Assembly (NCBI GenBank): GCA_947630505.1
Contig: CANRHV010000006.1
Span: 2,589 to 66,588 of the forward strand
Source: an uncultured Monoglobus sp.
GTDB lineage: Bacteria; Bacillota; Clostridia; Monoglobales; Monoglobaceae
Length of the DNA: 64,000 nucleotides
Direction: 5' to 3'
Shown here: positions 9,333-19,442 of the stretch, one piece after another
How positions within the stretch are numbered: the stretch's first letter is position 1
Layout: every line of letters starts with the position of its first letter
Made by a program: the position numbers and the translations under genes
The notes under the pieces: generated by a model
Database searches by the model: none
Seen by the model: the letters and a program-made list of their open reading frames with translations, nothing else
What the model was told of the DNA's origin: nothing

Positions 9333-11312
9333 ATGTGCGCGAAAAAGTACGATAATCAAAGCATAATTGCCCTCAAAGGCCCCGACAAAGTGAGAAAGCG
9401 TCCCGCCGTAATATTCGGCTCGGACGGCATTGACGGCTGCGAGCACTCGATGTTCGAGATCCTTTCAAACTCGATAGACGAGGCCAGAGAGGGCTTTGGC
9501 AATATTATAACAATAACAAGATTTTTGGATAAATCGATCGAGGTCGAGGATTTCGGCCGCGGAATTCCCGTCGATTATAATGAGCGGGAAAAAAAGAACA
9601 ACTGGGAGCTGGTTTTCTGCGAGCTATACGCCGGCGGTAAATATAAAAATAACACCGGCGGAAACTATGAATTCAGTCTGGGTCTTAACGGACTCGGCCT
9701 GTGCGCCACGCAGTACAGCTCGGAATTTATGAGCGTTGTTATCCAGCGCGACGGATATAAATATGAGCTTGAGTTTAAAAAAGGCAAAAATATAGGCGGC
9801 CTTAAAAAAACGCCTTTCCGCCACAGGCACACGGGCTCGAAAATACTTTGGCGGCCCGATCTGAAGGTATTTACCGATATCGACATACCTCTTGATTACT
9901 ACCAAGACACGTTAAAGCGGCAGGCTGTCGTGAATCCCGGCATACGATTTGTTCTCAAAAACGAGGTTAGCCGCGGAAAATTTGAGGAATTTGAATTTTT
10001 ATACGAAAACGGAATTGTCGACTATGTAAAAGAACTTTCGGGCGGAAAGGCATTCACCGAGCCGTATTTTGCCGAGGCGGAGCGCAGCGGCAGGGACCGC
10101 GAGGATCTGCCCGAATACAAGCTCAAAATGAGCTTTGCATTCAGTTTCTCAAACGAGATCAGCGCGACCGAGTATTATCACAATTCGAGCTTCCTTGAGC
10201 ACGGGGGCTCGCCCGACAAGGCGGTCAGAAACGCATTTGTGTACGCTGTGGACAAATATTTGAAAGCAGAAAACAAGTATAACAAAAACGAGGCAAAAAT
10301 ACAGTACAGCGATATACAGGACAGTCTGATCCTGGTTTCGAACTCATACTCCACCATGACAAGCTATGAGAATCAGACCAAAAAGGCGATAAACAACAAG
10401 TTTATTCAGGACGCTATGACCGATTTTCTCCGCAAGACCCTTGATATCTATTTTATAGAAAACAAGATGGAAGCCGACAAAATTTGCGCCCAGATACTTG
10501 TGAACAAGCGCAGCCGTGAAACCGCAGAGAAAACCCGGATCAACGTCAAAAAAAAGCTCGGCGGAAACTTGGACGTTTCAAACAGAGTAAAGAAATTTGT
10601 GGACTGCCGCAGCAAAGACCCCGAAAAACGCGAGGTCTATATCGTTGAGGGAGACTCGGCGCTCGGCGCATGCAAGCTGGGCAGAGACAGCGAGTTTCAG
10701 GCCATTATACCGCTGAGAGGAAAAATTCTTAACTGCCTCAAGGCCGAGTACGACAAGATATTCAACAGCGACGTCATTGTGGATCTTTTGCGCGTTCTCG
10801 GCTGCGGCGTTGAGATCAAGTCAAAGCATAACAAGGATCTGAGCTCGTTTGATTTAGGCAATCTTCGATGGAGCAAGATCATAATCTGCACCGACGCGGA
10901 CGTTGACGGATTCCATATCCGCACACAGGTGCTCACGATGATCTACAGGCTTGTGCCTACCCTTATCGAAAAGGGATACGTGTATATAGCCGAGTCTCCG
11001 CTATACGAGATCAACACCAAAAGAAGCACATATTTCGCCTTTAACGAGCAGGAAAAGTCCGACATACTCAAAAAAATCGACGGTCAGAAATACACGATAC
11101 AGCGCAGCAAGGGTCTTGGCGAGAACCAGCCCGACATGATGTGGCGCACCACAATGAATCCCGAGACGCGCCGCCTTATCAAGATCATGCCCGACGACGT
11201 TAAAAAGACGCAGGAGATATTCGATCTGCTGCTCGGCGACAATCTGAGCGGGCGCAAGGAGCATATCGCCGAGAGCGGCCATAACTATATAGACCTGATC
11301 GACGTGTCATAA
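9333..11312 (+). CDS. parE: Type IIA topoisomerase B subunit (ParE/GyrB-like)
   Basis: VRKRP, NSIDE, DFGRGIP, SLGLNGLG, VEGDSA, PLRGKILN, DADVDG, QRSKGLGE; ATG 9333 after AAGGAG. Confidence 0.85.
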   Translation: MCAKKYDNQSIIALKGPDKVRKRPAVIFGSDGIDGCEHSMFEILSNSIDEAREGFGNIITITRFLDKSIEVEDFGRGIPVDYNEREKKNNWELVFCELYAGGKYKNNTGGNYEFSLGLNGLGLCATQYSSEFMSVVIQRDGYKYELEFKKGKNIGGLKKTPFRHRHTGSKILWRPDLKVFTDIDIPLDYYQDTLKRQAVVNPGIRFVLKNEVSRGKFEEFEFLYENGIVDYVKELSGGKAFTEPYFAEAERSGRDREDLPEYKLKMSFAFSFSNEISATEYYHNSSFLEHGGSPDKAVRNAFVYAVDKYLKAENKYNKNEAKIQYSDIQDSLILVSNSYSTMTSYENQTKKAINNKFIQDAMTDFLRKTLDIYFIENKMEADKICAQILVNKRSRETAEKTRINVKKKLGGNLDVSNRVKKFVDCRSKDPEKREVYIVEGDSALGACKLGRDSEFQAIIPLRGKILNCLKAEYDKIFNSDVIVDLLRVLGCGVEIKSKHNKDLSSFDLGNLRWSKIIICTDADVDGFHIRTQVLTMIYRLVPTLIEKGYVYIAESPLYEINTKRSTYFAFNEQEKSDILKKIDGQKYTIQRSKGLGENQPDMMWRTTMNPETRRLIKIMPDDVKKTQEIFDLLLGDNLSGRKEHIAESGHNYIDLIDVS

Positions 11313-11370
11313 AACATACGTTATAACTTATTTTTAAATTATAATACTATAAAGAATTGGAAAACATATT

Positions 11371-13569
11371 ATGAAAAAACCTATAATACAAGAACAACAG
11401 ATAACAGACACTCTGGAAAACAATTATATGCCGTACGCTATGAGCGTTATCATTTCCAGGGCAATACCCGAGATAGACGGGCTCAAGCCGTCGCACCGCA
11501 AGCTGCTTTATACCATGTATAAAATGGGCCTTATAAACGGCTCGCTCACAAAATCCGCAAATATTGTGGGACAGACGATGCGCCTCAACCCTCACGGCGA
11601 CGCCGCGATATACGAAACACTTGTCAGGCTGACCGACGGAAACGGAGCGCTTCTTCTTCCTCTTGTCAAGTCAAAGGGAAATTTCGGCCGCGTGTACTCT
11701 CGCGATATGGCATATGCCGCCGCGCGTTATACCGAGGTTAAGCTGTGTCCCGTATGCACCGAGCTGTTCGGCGAGATCGACAAGGACACGGTCGACTTTG
11801 TTGACAACTATGACGGTTCTATGAAAGAGCCCACGCTTCTTCCCACTACATTTCCGAATATTCTGGCGAATCCGAACCAGGGTATAGCGGTCGGAATGGC
11901 TTCCAACATTTGCTGCTTCAATCTGCGCGAGCTGTGCGACGCGACGATCGCGGTCATGAAAGACCCGGAGGCTGATTTGTCGGAGATCATGCCCGCGCCC
12001 GATTTTCCGACCGGCGGACGCTTGCTCTACAACAAAGCCGAAATAGACGAGATATACCGCACGGGCAGAGGCTCGATCAAAGTCCGCGCAAAATATAAAT
12101 ATGACAAAAAGCAAAATTGCATTGACATATATGAGATACCTTACAGTACGACCGTTGAGGTCATTATAGACAAAATAGTTGATCTGGTGAAATCGGGTAA
12201 GGCGAGAGAGATCTCGGACGTTCGCGATGAAACCGATCTCAAGGGTCTCAAGATCACAATTGATTTAAAACGCGGGACCGATCCCGACGCGCTTATGGCG
12301 AAGCTCTATAAAATGACCGCGCTTCAGGACAGTTTCGGCTGCAATTTTAATATTCTGGTTGAGGGCTCGCCTATGGTTCTGGGCGTTAATGATATTCTCT
12401 GCGAGTGGCTCAGGTTCCGCCGCAGCTGCGTCAAGCGTGCTCTGAGTTATGATATTGAAAAAAAGAGCGCCAAGCTGCATCTTCTTGAGGGACTGAGCCT
12501 GATACTGCTCGACATCGACAAGGCGATCAAAATAGTCCGCGAGACAGATGACGATTCAATGGTCGTTCCGAATCTCATGAAAGGTTTTAACATAACCCGA
12601 GCGCAGGCCGAGTTTGTGGCCGAGATAAAACTGCGCAATCTGAATAAGGACTATATTTTAAAACGCACAGCCGAAATAGAAAACCTTAAAAACGAGCTTG
12701 ACGATCTCCGCAAAACAGTTGAGAGCAAGCGCAGAATTAATAAGCTTATAGAAAAGCAGCTGAAGCAGGTAGCCAAAAAATTCGGTTCAGACCGCAAAAC
12801 AGAAATAATTTCGGCGGATGAGATAAAAGAGCCGACAATAGATGAAACTATTCCGGATTACGGTTTAAAGCTGTTCAGAACGCGAGACGGATATTTAAAA
12901 AAGATATCTCTCGTTTCTTTGCGCACCAGCGGAGAACAAAAGGTCAAGGAAGGCGACGAGCTTGTTCAGGAAGTCGAGGCTAAAAACAGCAGTGAAGTCA
13001 TCTTCTTTGCCGAGGGCGGAACGGCCTATAAAATGAAAGCCTACGATATTCCGGACAGCAAGGCCAGTCTGCTCGGTGATTTTATTCCGAACCTTTTGGG
13101 GCTTACCGACAAGGAGCGGATCGTGGGTATGGCTGTAACCGACGACTTTAAAGGCGAGCTTATATTCTGCTTTGAAAACGGAAAAGCCGCCAAGGTTCCG
13201 CTTGCCGCTTATCAAACCAAGACAAACAGGAAAAAGCTTACGGGCGCGTTCTCGGCAAAGTCGCCTATGGTTGAAATGTTTTTCCTGCCCGAGGGCGAGC
13301 AGACGGAAATTGTTTTGTTCTCGGACAGCGGCCGCGCCGTGGCCGTCAAATCGGACAAGATACCGCTTAAGACGACCCGTTCCACGCAGGGCGTTAATAT
13401 TATGTCATCAAGAAAAGGCAGCGTGGTCAGCCGCTGCGTGCTCGCGGCGGAATCGGGCATAATAAATATGTCAAGATTCAGGACGAGAACATATCCCGCG
13501 GTCGGCGCTCTTGTGAGAGAATCCGATTTGGGGATCGAGCAAATCAGCATTGACGACAACGGTCGGTAA
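11371..13569 (+). CDS. parC: Type IIA topoisomerase A subunit (ParC-like, no GyrA-box seen)
   Basis: DGLKPSHRK, PHGDAAIY, catalytic AAARYTE, PDFPTGG; no QxRGGxG GyrA-box in the C-terminal domain. Confidence 0.8.
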   Translation: MKKPIIQEQQITDTLENNYMPYAMSVIISRAIPEIDGLKPSHRKLLYTMYKMGLINGSLTKSANIVGQTMRLNPHGDAAIYETLVRLTDGNGALLLPLVKSKGNFGRVYSRDMAYAAARYTEVKLCPVCTELFGEIDKDTVDFVDNYDGSMKEPTLLPTTFPNILANPNQGIAVGMASNICCFNLRELCDATIAVMKDPEADLSEIMPAPDFPTGGRLLYNKAEIDEIYRTGRGSIKVRAKYKYDKKQNCIDIYEIPYSTTVEVIIDKIVDLVKSGKAREISDVRDETDLKGLKITIDLKRGTDPDALMAKLYKMTALQDSFGCNFNILVEGSPMVLGVNDILCEWLRFRRSCVKRALSYDIEKKSAKLHLLEGLSLILLDIDKAIKIVRETDDDSMVVPNLMKGFNITRAQAEFVAEIKLRNLNKDYILKRTAEIENLKNELDDLRKTVESKRRINKLIEKQLKQVAKKFGSDRKTEIISADEIKEPTIDETIPDYGLKLFRTRDGYLKKISLVSLRTSGEQKVKEGDELVQEVEAKNSSEVIFFAEGGTAYKMKAYDIPDSKASLLGDFIPNLLGLTDKERIVGMAVTDDFKGELIFCFENGKAAKVPLAAYQTKTNRKKLTGAFSAKSPMVEMFFLPEGEQTEIVLFSDSGRAVAVKSDKIPLKTTRSTQGVNIMSSRKGSVVSRCVLAAESGIINMSRFRTRTYPAVGALVRESDLGIEQISIDDNGR

Positions 13570-13576
13570 AATATAT

Positions 13577-13605
13577 TTGCAAAATATATTTGTTCGTGAT
13601 ATAAT
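13577..13605 (+). promoter_or_regulatory. SigA-type promoter overlapping a tandem AAAATATATTTG repeat
   Basis: TTGCAA-17 bp-TATAAT with TG extension. Confidence 0.65.
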
Positions 13606-13644
13606 ATATTAACAAAGTATTTGTTTTGTAACGGGGTGGGATAA

Positions 13645-14250
13645 ATGCTTCAGAAAAAAATTATCTGGAAATTAAATATAATAGACCTGCTGCTTATAGT
13701 TATTATACTGTTGAGCATATTGGCGCTTATATACAAGTCGGTGTCGGGCAGCGGCGATGAAAGCGAGTATCGCGAATATACGCTTACTTATGTGTGCGAG
13801 AGCGCGCCGATACGTCTTTTTGACACGATCAATCAAGGAGAACTCTGTATTGACGGCGCGACGGGCGAAGAAGTCGGCGACCTTGCCGATTTTGAGGTTA
13901 CGCCGATTTTTGAATATGTTCCCACGGCGCCCGAAACACCCGAGCCTACGCCTGACGAAGAAGATGAAGAAGAAATTTCCGAAAACTCGGATGAAGAAAA
14001 CACAGACAACGAAAACGCGGAAGATTCCGAAAACGGCGATGATGAGGATCGCCGGGTCAAAAAAAATACCCCCACGCCGGAACCCACGCCCGAGCCTGCC
14101 AGAGCCAAAGCGGTTTTCACTACTACGGTCGAGGCCGCGAAAGCCGAGCACGGTATCAGGATCAATAAAAACGTATATTTGATAGGACAAAGCATGCAGC
14201 TCGTTATCGGCAATACGGTGTTTGACGTGTATATAAGCGACATGCAGTAG
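13645..14250 (+). CDS. Membrane-anchored DUF4330-like protein with an acidic, Pro/Thr-rich insertion
   Basis: N-terminal KLNIIDLLLIV anchor as in DUF4330 proteins; insert PETPEPTPDEEDEEE...TPTPEPTPEP. Confidence 0.6.
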   Translation: MLQKKIIWKLNIIDLLLIVIILLSILALIYKSVSGSGDESEYREYTLTYVCESAPIRLFDTINQGELCIDGATGEEVGDLADFEVTPIFEYVPTAPETPEPTPDEEDEEEISENSDEENTDNENAEDSENGDDEDRRVKKNTPTPEPTPEPARAKAVFTTTVEAAKAEHGIRINKNVYLIGQSMQLVIGNTVFDVYISDMQ

Positions 14251-14279
14251 AGAATTGATAAGCAAACGCGGGAGAACAT

Positions 14280-15704
14280 ATGAAAGACACATTGATCGCC
14301 ACATACAAAAACAGTTTTTTGTACGAGATTATCCTTTGGATAACCGGCGTTATGGTACCGCGCCTTAAAAATGATTTTTTGTCAAGCTACACATATAAGT
14401 TTATAGGCTGGGTCGAAAAAAGCGTTTTAAACAATAAATATCTCGAAATTTTCTTCAACACAAAAAAGGTCGGCGAGGCCTGGTACGCCAGCGCGTTTTA
14501 CAGATACACCACATACGCGATAAGACATTTGGCTTTTTATATCCCAAAATCAAAAATAAGATTCCACGCTTATTACATCGGAATATTCATGTTATTTGTT
14601 CTGCTTTTTCCCGCGAGATTTTGGGATAATTTTTACATGGTCCCGGTTTTCGCCTGCATCGCTTTGATTTATATAAGTCACAACGCTGTTCACAGAACCG
14701 GCGTTATTTTCATACTTATAAATCTGGTTATCACTATGTTTATCGGGATGATGAGCATATCTATCCCGATCGCGGCCTGCAAAATACTTTCATATTTTCT
14801 GCTTGCCGTTGATCTGTTTTTCCTGATTTCGTTCGCGATAAGAACTCAGACCGATCTTGAAAATCATTTGCTGTTTTTATTTATTGCTCTGATAGCCCTT
14901 TGTTTTATTGGAGTTGTTCAGGCTAATACGCCCGGAGACTTCGGGGTGGCTATCACCGGCGTTTTTGACAATTCCGAAGTGTTCGCCGAGATACTTGTGC
15001 TGCTGTTTCCGTTCGCGTTCGTTTATCCGATCACTCTTAAATCCACGCTTAGGCGCATTATATATTCGGTCTTAACGATGGGCTTGTCATTCTGGGTAAT
15101 AACGGCTACCCAGTCAAAGGCGGCTTTCATAGCGTATTTTATTGAGCTTATAATAGTTATCGTGCTGATCGACAGACGATATATTCCTATGATATTGCTG
15201 CTCGCGCCCACGTTCAGCGACCGCGTGATAAACAATATTATACTTATGTGGCAGCGCGAGAGCGGACATGGCAATTTTTTTCAAAATATTGTCAACGCTT
15301 TTCGCGGTTTTTGGCGGAACGGATTTGGCGTCAATACCGATAATTTTGTGAATATGTATAATATTTCCGCGCTTCACTACGGAGACAGACATTCCCTTAT
15401 CAATTTGCCCAATGTTACCATAAGTCCGATTTATTTCAACATTCTTGTTAACGTCGGCGCGATATTTATGATATGCTTCATGTATTATATATTAAGAATA
15501 GCTCACTCGTCCATCACCTGTATGTTCAGGGCGACACCCAGACAGAAGCTGGTTTTCGCTGCGGGTCTGGCCGCGCTTTTGGGTATTTCAATTTCCTCAA
15601 TGCTTGAGTCCTCGCTCTTCGAGCCGCGCGTATTGATCATGTATTGGTCGATGCTGGGGCTTTTGCGCTCAGGCAGAATTATTAAGTTCGGAATACTGGA
15701 CTGA
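14280..15704 (+). CDS. O-antigen ligase-like polytopic membrane protein
   Basis: Many TM segments; ATQSKAAFIA resembles the TxSRG(A/G) Wzy_C motif; later GFG...N...LV region. Confidence 0.6.
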   Translation: MKDTLIATYKNSFLYEIILWITGVMVPRLKNDFLSSYTYKFIGWVEKSVLNNKYLEIFFNTKKVGEAWYASAFYRYTTYAIRHLAFYIPKSKIRFHAYYIGIFMLFVLLFPARFWDNFYMVPVFACIALIYISHNAVHRTGVIFILINLVITMFIGMMSISIPIAACKILSYFLLAVDLFFLISFAIRTQTDLENHLLFLFIALIALCFIGVVQANTPGDFGVAITGVFDNSEVFAEILVLLFPFAFVYPITLKSTLRRIIYSVLTMGLSFWVITATQSKAAFIAYFIELIIVIVLIDRRYIPMILLLAPTFSDRVINNIILMWQRESGHGNFFQNIVNAFRGFWRNGFGVNTDNFVNMYNISALHYGDRHSLINLPNVTISPIYFNILVNVGAIFMICFMYYILRIAHSSITCMFRATPRQKLVFAAGLAALLGISISSMLESSLFEPRVLIMYWSMLGLLRSGRIIKFGILD

Positions 15705-15738
15705 TTCGAGACAATATGAGTTAATTTTTAAATATGTA

Positions 15739-15767
15739 TTGACGAAACCCGATGTTTTTATTATAAT
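15739..15767 (+). promoter_or_regulatory. SigA-type promoter
   Basis: TTGACG-17 bp-TATAAT. Confidence 0.7.
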
Positions 15768-15797
15768 ATTATTAATAACTAATTTGGAGGCAATCAG

Positions 15798-16820
15798 ATG
15801 AAGTCCGAAAAAATATATATCAAAGTGCTGCAAAATATAGGATTCAGACTTTTTGCGGTGCTGTCACTTTTGTTTTTGTTTGTCGCTCAGCGTCTGCCCG
15901 CGCTTTCTGTTGAGGCCGAGGAGCTGCGCGACGTGACCGAGCGCTTCAGCATTTCATCATTCGCGTTCGGAAATTTCGCGAAGTTTTTTGACTATTTCGC
16001 GATACCTCTGAGCTATACCGCCCTTATTATGATCGTGCTCGCGGCTGTTATACTTATGCTTGGCGCGATCTCATTGGGGCTTTCGCTGTTTACATATCGC
16101 AAGGTCCAGGTGGTGAACTTTTTTGTATCCCTCGTCGGAACATTATGCAGCATAGCGTTTTCCGTGCTTTTGACCGTGGCGATATATGAATGGAGAAACG
16201 ACATAGACATTGACGGGGTTCTCACTTTTATGCCTAATCACTTTTTGATCTGGCTCCCAGTTGCCCTGTTTGCCCTTGCGACATTATTTATTTACACATA
16301 CGCGAAGCTGCCCGGGTATCGCATGGCCGACGGAAGATTTTTCAGGGCCATGGGCTGCGCGCTCAATCCCAAAAACTTTCCGCGCACATTCAAAAAAGAC
16401 GACAATACCGAGGCGATCTTCCGCTCAAACGTGCCTCTTAAAAAGAAAAAATATGCAACGATCAGTGAGCCCGATTCTTTGAAAAAAGCGCGCAGGTCGG
16501 CTTCAAAGTCACGCAGGAAGGCGGATAAAGCCAAAGCAGCCGACCTAGCGGAAGCATCGTCAAAAAAACTTTCCAATCTTGAACTTGCAATAAACAAGCG
16601 CGAGCACGCCGAAAGGGTCGCGAACAGATTGGTTGACAGCGAAAACAGTGCTCTTCTAAAAAAGAAAAACTCAAAAAAATCGTCGACTTCCAAAAAGTCA
16701 AATTCTCATGCGTCTGCCTCAAGATTAAGCGATGCCGAAAAAAGAGCCAGAGCCCTTGAGATCGCCAAGCTCAAGGCAAAACATGCCGAGGAAATCGCAT
16801 TAAGAAATAAAAAAATATAG
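15798..16820 (+). CDS. Hypothetical 4-TM membrane protein with a long Lys/Arg-rich C-terminal tail
   Basis: RBS GGAGG, own promoter and terminator; four hydrophobic segments followed by ~170 charged residues. Confidence 0.75.
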   Translation: MKSEKIYIKVLQNIGFRLFAVLSLLFLFVAQRLPALSVEAEELRDVTERFSISSFAFGNFAKFFDYFAIPLSYTALIMIVLAAVILMLGAISLGLSLFTYRKVQVVNFFVSLVGTLCSIAFSVLLTVAIYEWRNDIDIDGVLTFMPNHFLIWLPVALFALATLFIYTYAKLPGYRMADGRFFRAMGCALNPKNFPRTFKKDDNTEAIFRSNVPLKKKKYATISEPDSLKKARRSASKSRRKADKAKAADLAEASSKKLSNLELAINKREHAERVANRLVDSENSALLKKKNSKKSSTSKKSNSHASASRLSDAEKRARALEIAKLKAKHAEEIALRNKKI

Positions 16821-16823
16821 CAT

Positions 16824-16845
16824 AAGAGGGCTCGTCCCTCTTTTT
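16824..16845 (+). terminator. Intrinsic terminator
   Basis: AAGAGGG-ctcgt-CCCTCTT followed by TTT. Confidence 0.7.
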
Positions 16846-16900
16846 ATTTACACAGTTACCGTATTGAAATAATATTTTTAACAAATTGTTAACAAAAGTC

Positions 16901-16929
16901 TTGAAATTTTTTGGAAAATCTGTTATTAT
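16901..16929 (+). promoter_or_regulatory. SigA-type promoter of the amino-acid ABC operon, with a possible CodY-like site in the spacer
   Basis: TTGAAA-17 bp-TATTAT with TG extension; AATTTTTTGGAAAAT has 3 mismatches to the CodY consensus AATTTTCWGAAAATT. Confidence 0.5.
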
Positions 16930-16967
16930 ATTTTTGATAATATACTTTAAGGACGGTGATTTGATTC

Positions 16968-17660
16968 ATGCAATTCTTTCAGCCGATGCTTGACGGTTTG
17001 TACGCCACGTTTATTTATGACGACAGATGGGTGTTGTTTGTTCGAGGCTTGGGTTACACTCTGTTGATCTCGCTTTTTGCCGTGCTGTTCGGTCTTATTC
17101 TCGGAATTCTGGCCGCGCTTGGCAGGCTTTCAAAGGTCAAGATATTAAACTGGATAGCGGGACTATATATTGACGTTATCAGAGGCACGCCTACCATGGT
17201 TCAGGTTCTGATATTCTATTTTGTAATTCTCGCGGGCGCCAGAAGCATACCGGCGTGGTTTGTGGGCGTTATAGCATTCAGTATCAACAGCGGCGCGTAT
17301 ATAGCGGAAATTGTGCGCGGCGGTATTCTTTCGATAAATAAGGGACAGACCGAGGCGGGACGCTCGCTCGGATTGACCCAAGCTCAGACTATGAGGCTCA
17401 TTATCATGCCCCAGACGCTAAAAAATATTCTTCCCGCGCTTGTAAACGAGTTTATCGTGCTTATCAAAGAGACGGCCGTTATAGGTATGATCAACAACAT
17501 CGACCTTCTGGGAGCGGCGAAAAAAGTCCAGACGCTCACCTATGACTTCTTATGGCCGCTGCTGTCCTGCGCGATAATATACTATGTGGTTATCAAAATC
17601 TTCTCCATGCTTTTATCAAGACTGGAAAAGAGGTTGCGCGCCAGCGACGACAGACGTTAG
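16968..17660 (+). CDS. Polar amino-acid ABC transporter permease
   Basis: IRGTPTMVQ, AYIAEIVRGG, GQTEAGRSLG (EAA loop), LIKET. Confidence 0.92.
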   Translation: MQFFQPMLDGLYATFIYDDRWVLFVRGLGYTLLISLFAVLFGLILGILAALGRLSKVKILNWIAGLYIDVIRGTPTMVQVLIFYFVILAGARSIPAWFVGVIAFSINSGAYIAEIVRGGILSINKGQTEAGRSLGLTQAQTMRLIIMPQTLKNILPALVNEFIVLIKETAVIGMINNIDLLGAAKKVQTLTYDFLWPLLSCAIIYYVVIKIFSMLLSRLEKRLRASDDRR

Positions 17661-17672
17661 GAGGGTTAATTT

Positions 17673-18401
17673 ATGTCAATGATAGAAGTTAAAAACTTAA
17701 AAAAGAGCTTCGGTGATCACGTTGTGTTAAAAGACATTACCGAGAGTATTGAAAAAGGCGAAAAAATCGTTGTTATAGGGCCCTCCGGCAGCGGAAAGTC
17801 AACGTTTCTGCGCTGCATAAACCGACTTGAAGAGCCGACAGGAGGTCATATTTACATAGATGGCGAGGATATTTGCGATAAGAAATGCAATATAAATCAT
17901 GTGCGAGAAAAGATGGGAATGGTTTTTCAGCAGTTTAATCTTTTTCCTCACCTGACCGTGCTTGAAAATATAACTCTCGCGCCACTAAACGTAAAAAAAC
18001 AGAACAAGAACTCGGCGAAACGCAGAGCTATGGAGCTTCTTAAAACTGTCGGTCTTGAGGAAAAGGCTGACTCGTATCCCGGGCAGCTTTCGGGAGGCCA
18101 GCAGCAGAGAATAGCTATCGCGAGAGCTCTCGCGATGGATCCGGAAATTATGCTGTTTGACGAGCCGACATCGGCGCTCGATCCCGAGATGGTCGGAGAG
18201 GTTCTGGACGTTATGAAAAAACTCGCGGACGAGGGAATGACTATGGTCGTTGTCACTCACGAGATGGGTTTTGCCAGAGAAATTGCCTCCCGAGTATTCT
18301 TTATGGACGAGGGAATTGTATATGAGCAGGGAACTCCTTCCGAGATATTTGACACTCCGCAAAATCCCAGAACGCAGTCATTTTTAAGCAAAATATTATA
18401 A
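17673..18401 (+). CDS. Polar amino-acid ABC transporter ATP-binding protein (GlnQ-like)
   Basis: [28 protein letters not shown]. Confidence 0.95.
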   Translation: MSMIEVKNLKKSFGDHVVLKDITESIEKGEKIVVIGPSGSGKSTFLRCINRLEEPTGGHIYIDGEDICDKKCNINHVREKMGMVFQQFNLFPHLTVLENITLAPLNVKKQNKNSAKRRAMELLKTVGLEEKADSYPGQLSGGQQQRIAIARALAMDPEIMLFDEPTSALDPEMVGEVLDVMKKLADEGMTMVVVTHEMGFAREIASRVFFMDEGIVYEQGTPSEIFDTPQNPRTQSFLSKIL

Positions 18402-18434
18402 AAATATAAAAAATTTTAAAAAGGAGAGATTTAC

Positions 18435-19370
18435 ATGAAAAATTGGAAAAAAGCATTGGCGCTGGTTCTCGCGCTGTCGCTGTGCGTATGCCTTTTGGCG
18501 GCGTGCGGAGGCACAACCTCAACCAACACAACGACAAATGACGCCGATAAGGCTGCAGACACCGAGGCGGGCGGAGAGCTTATTATGGCTACAAACGCGG
18601 CATTCCCTCCGTTCGAATTCACGACCTCAAACGGTCTTGTAGGCGAGTATGACGGTATCGACGTTGCCATAGCGCAAAAAATTGCCGAGAAGGCAGGCAA
18701 GACGCTCAAGGTGTCCGACATGGAATTTGACGGAATTATTGCCGCTGTTTCAACAGGCAAAGTTGATATGGGTATTGCCGGTATGACGATCACGGAAGAG
18801 AGAAAGAATAACGTTGATTTTTCGGATCCCTATTATGTTGCCGAGCAGGTTATCGTTGTTCCCGAAGACAGTGACATCGCTTCTGCCGAGGATCTGAAAA
18901 ACGACAAAAAAGTCGGCGTTGTTATCGGATACACTGCTGACACGATCGTGACAGAAGACCTCGCGCTTGACGAGGCGAATATCGTTCGCGCAAACAGGGG
19001 CATTGATGTTGTTCAGGACGTTAAAAACGGCAGACTGGACGCGGTTGTTATCGACTCGTACACAGGCATAAAGCTTGCCGAGAGCACTGGCCTCAAGGTC
19101 GTTGAGGACGAGGAGGCATTCGCCGCCGAGGAGTACGCTATCGCCGTTAAGAAGGGCAATTCCGAACTGCTCGAGACAATCAACGCCACCCTTGCCGAGA
19201 TGAAAGAGAACGGTGAGATCGAAGAGCTGGCCGCGAAGTATAACGACACAGCCGTTGAGGAAGAAGGCGCAGAAGCCGACGTCGAGGCGTCAGCCGAGAG
19301 CGAAACACAGGCCGAGGACGAAGCTTCCGAAGGCGAGGTTTCCGAAGGTGAGGCTCCCGCCGCCGAGTAA
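18435..19370 (+). CDS. Amino-acid ABC substrate-binding lipoprotein with an acidic C-terminal tail
   Basis: Lipobox LAAC; NAAFPPFE, GIDVAIA, VDFSDPYY (SBP family 3); tail EEEGAEADVEASAESE. Confidence 0.9.
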   Translation: MKNWKKALALVLALSLCVCLLAACGGTTSTNTTTNDADKAADTEAGGELIMATNAAFPPFEFTTSNGLVGEYDGIDVAIAQKIAEKAGKTLKVSDMEFDGIIAAVSTGKVDMGIAGMTITEERKNNVDFSDPYYVAEQVIVVPEDSDIASAEDLKNDKKVGVVIGYTADTIVTEDLALDEANIVRANRGIDVVQDVKNGRLDAVVIDSYTGIKLAESTGLKVVEDEEAFAAEEYAIAVKKGNSELLETINATLAEMKENGEIEELAAKYNDTAVEEEGAEADVEASAESETQAEDEASEGEVSEGEAPAAE

Positions 19371-19391
19371 TTCGTTTATTAACCGTATTAA

Positions 19392-19429
19392 AAAAGAACC
19401 AAGCCGATTTGATTTGGCTTGGTTCTTTT
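19392..19429. terminator. Bidirectional terminator between the convergent ABC operon and leuB
   Basis: 14-bp stem AAAAGAACCAAGCC / GGCTTGGTTCTTTT. Confidence 0.8.
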
Positions 19430-19442
19430 CTTGCTATCCAAA

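Noticed and set aside
9333-13569. Labelling this pair gyrB/gyrA
   Set aside because: No GyrA-box and a divergent C-terminal domain; Topo IV-like is preferred, though not proven.
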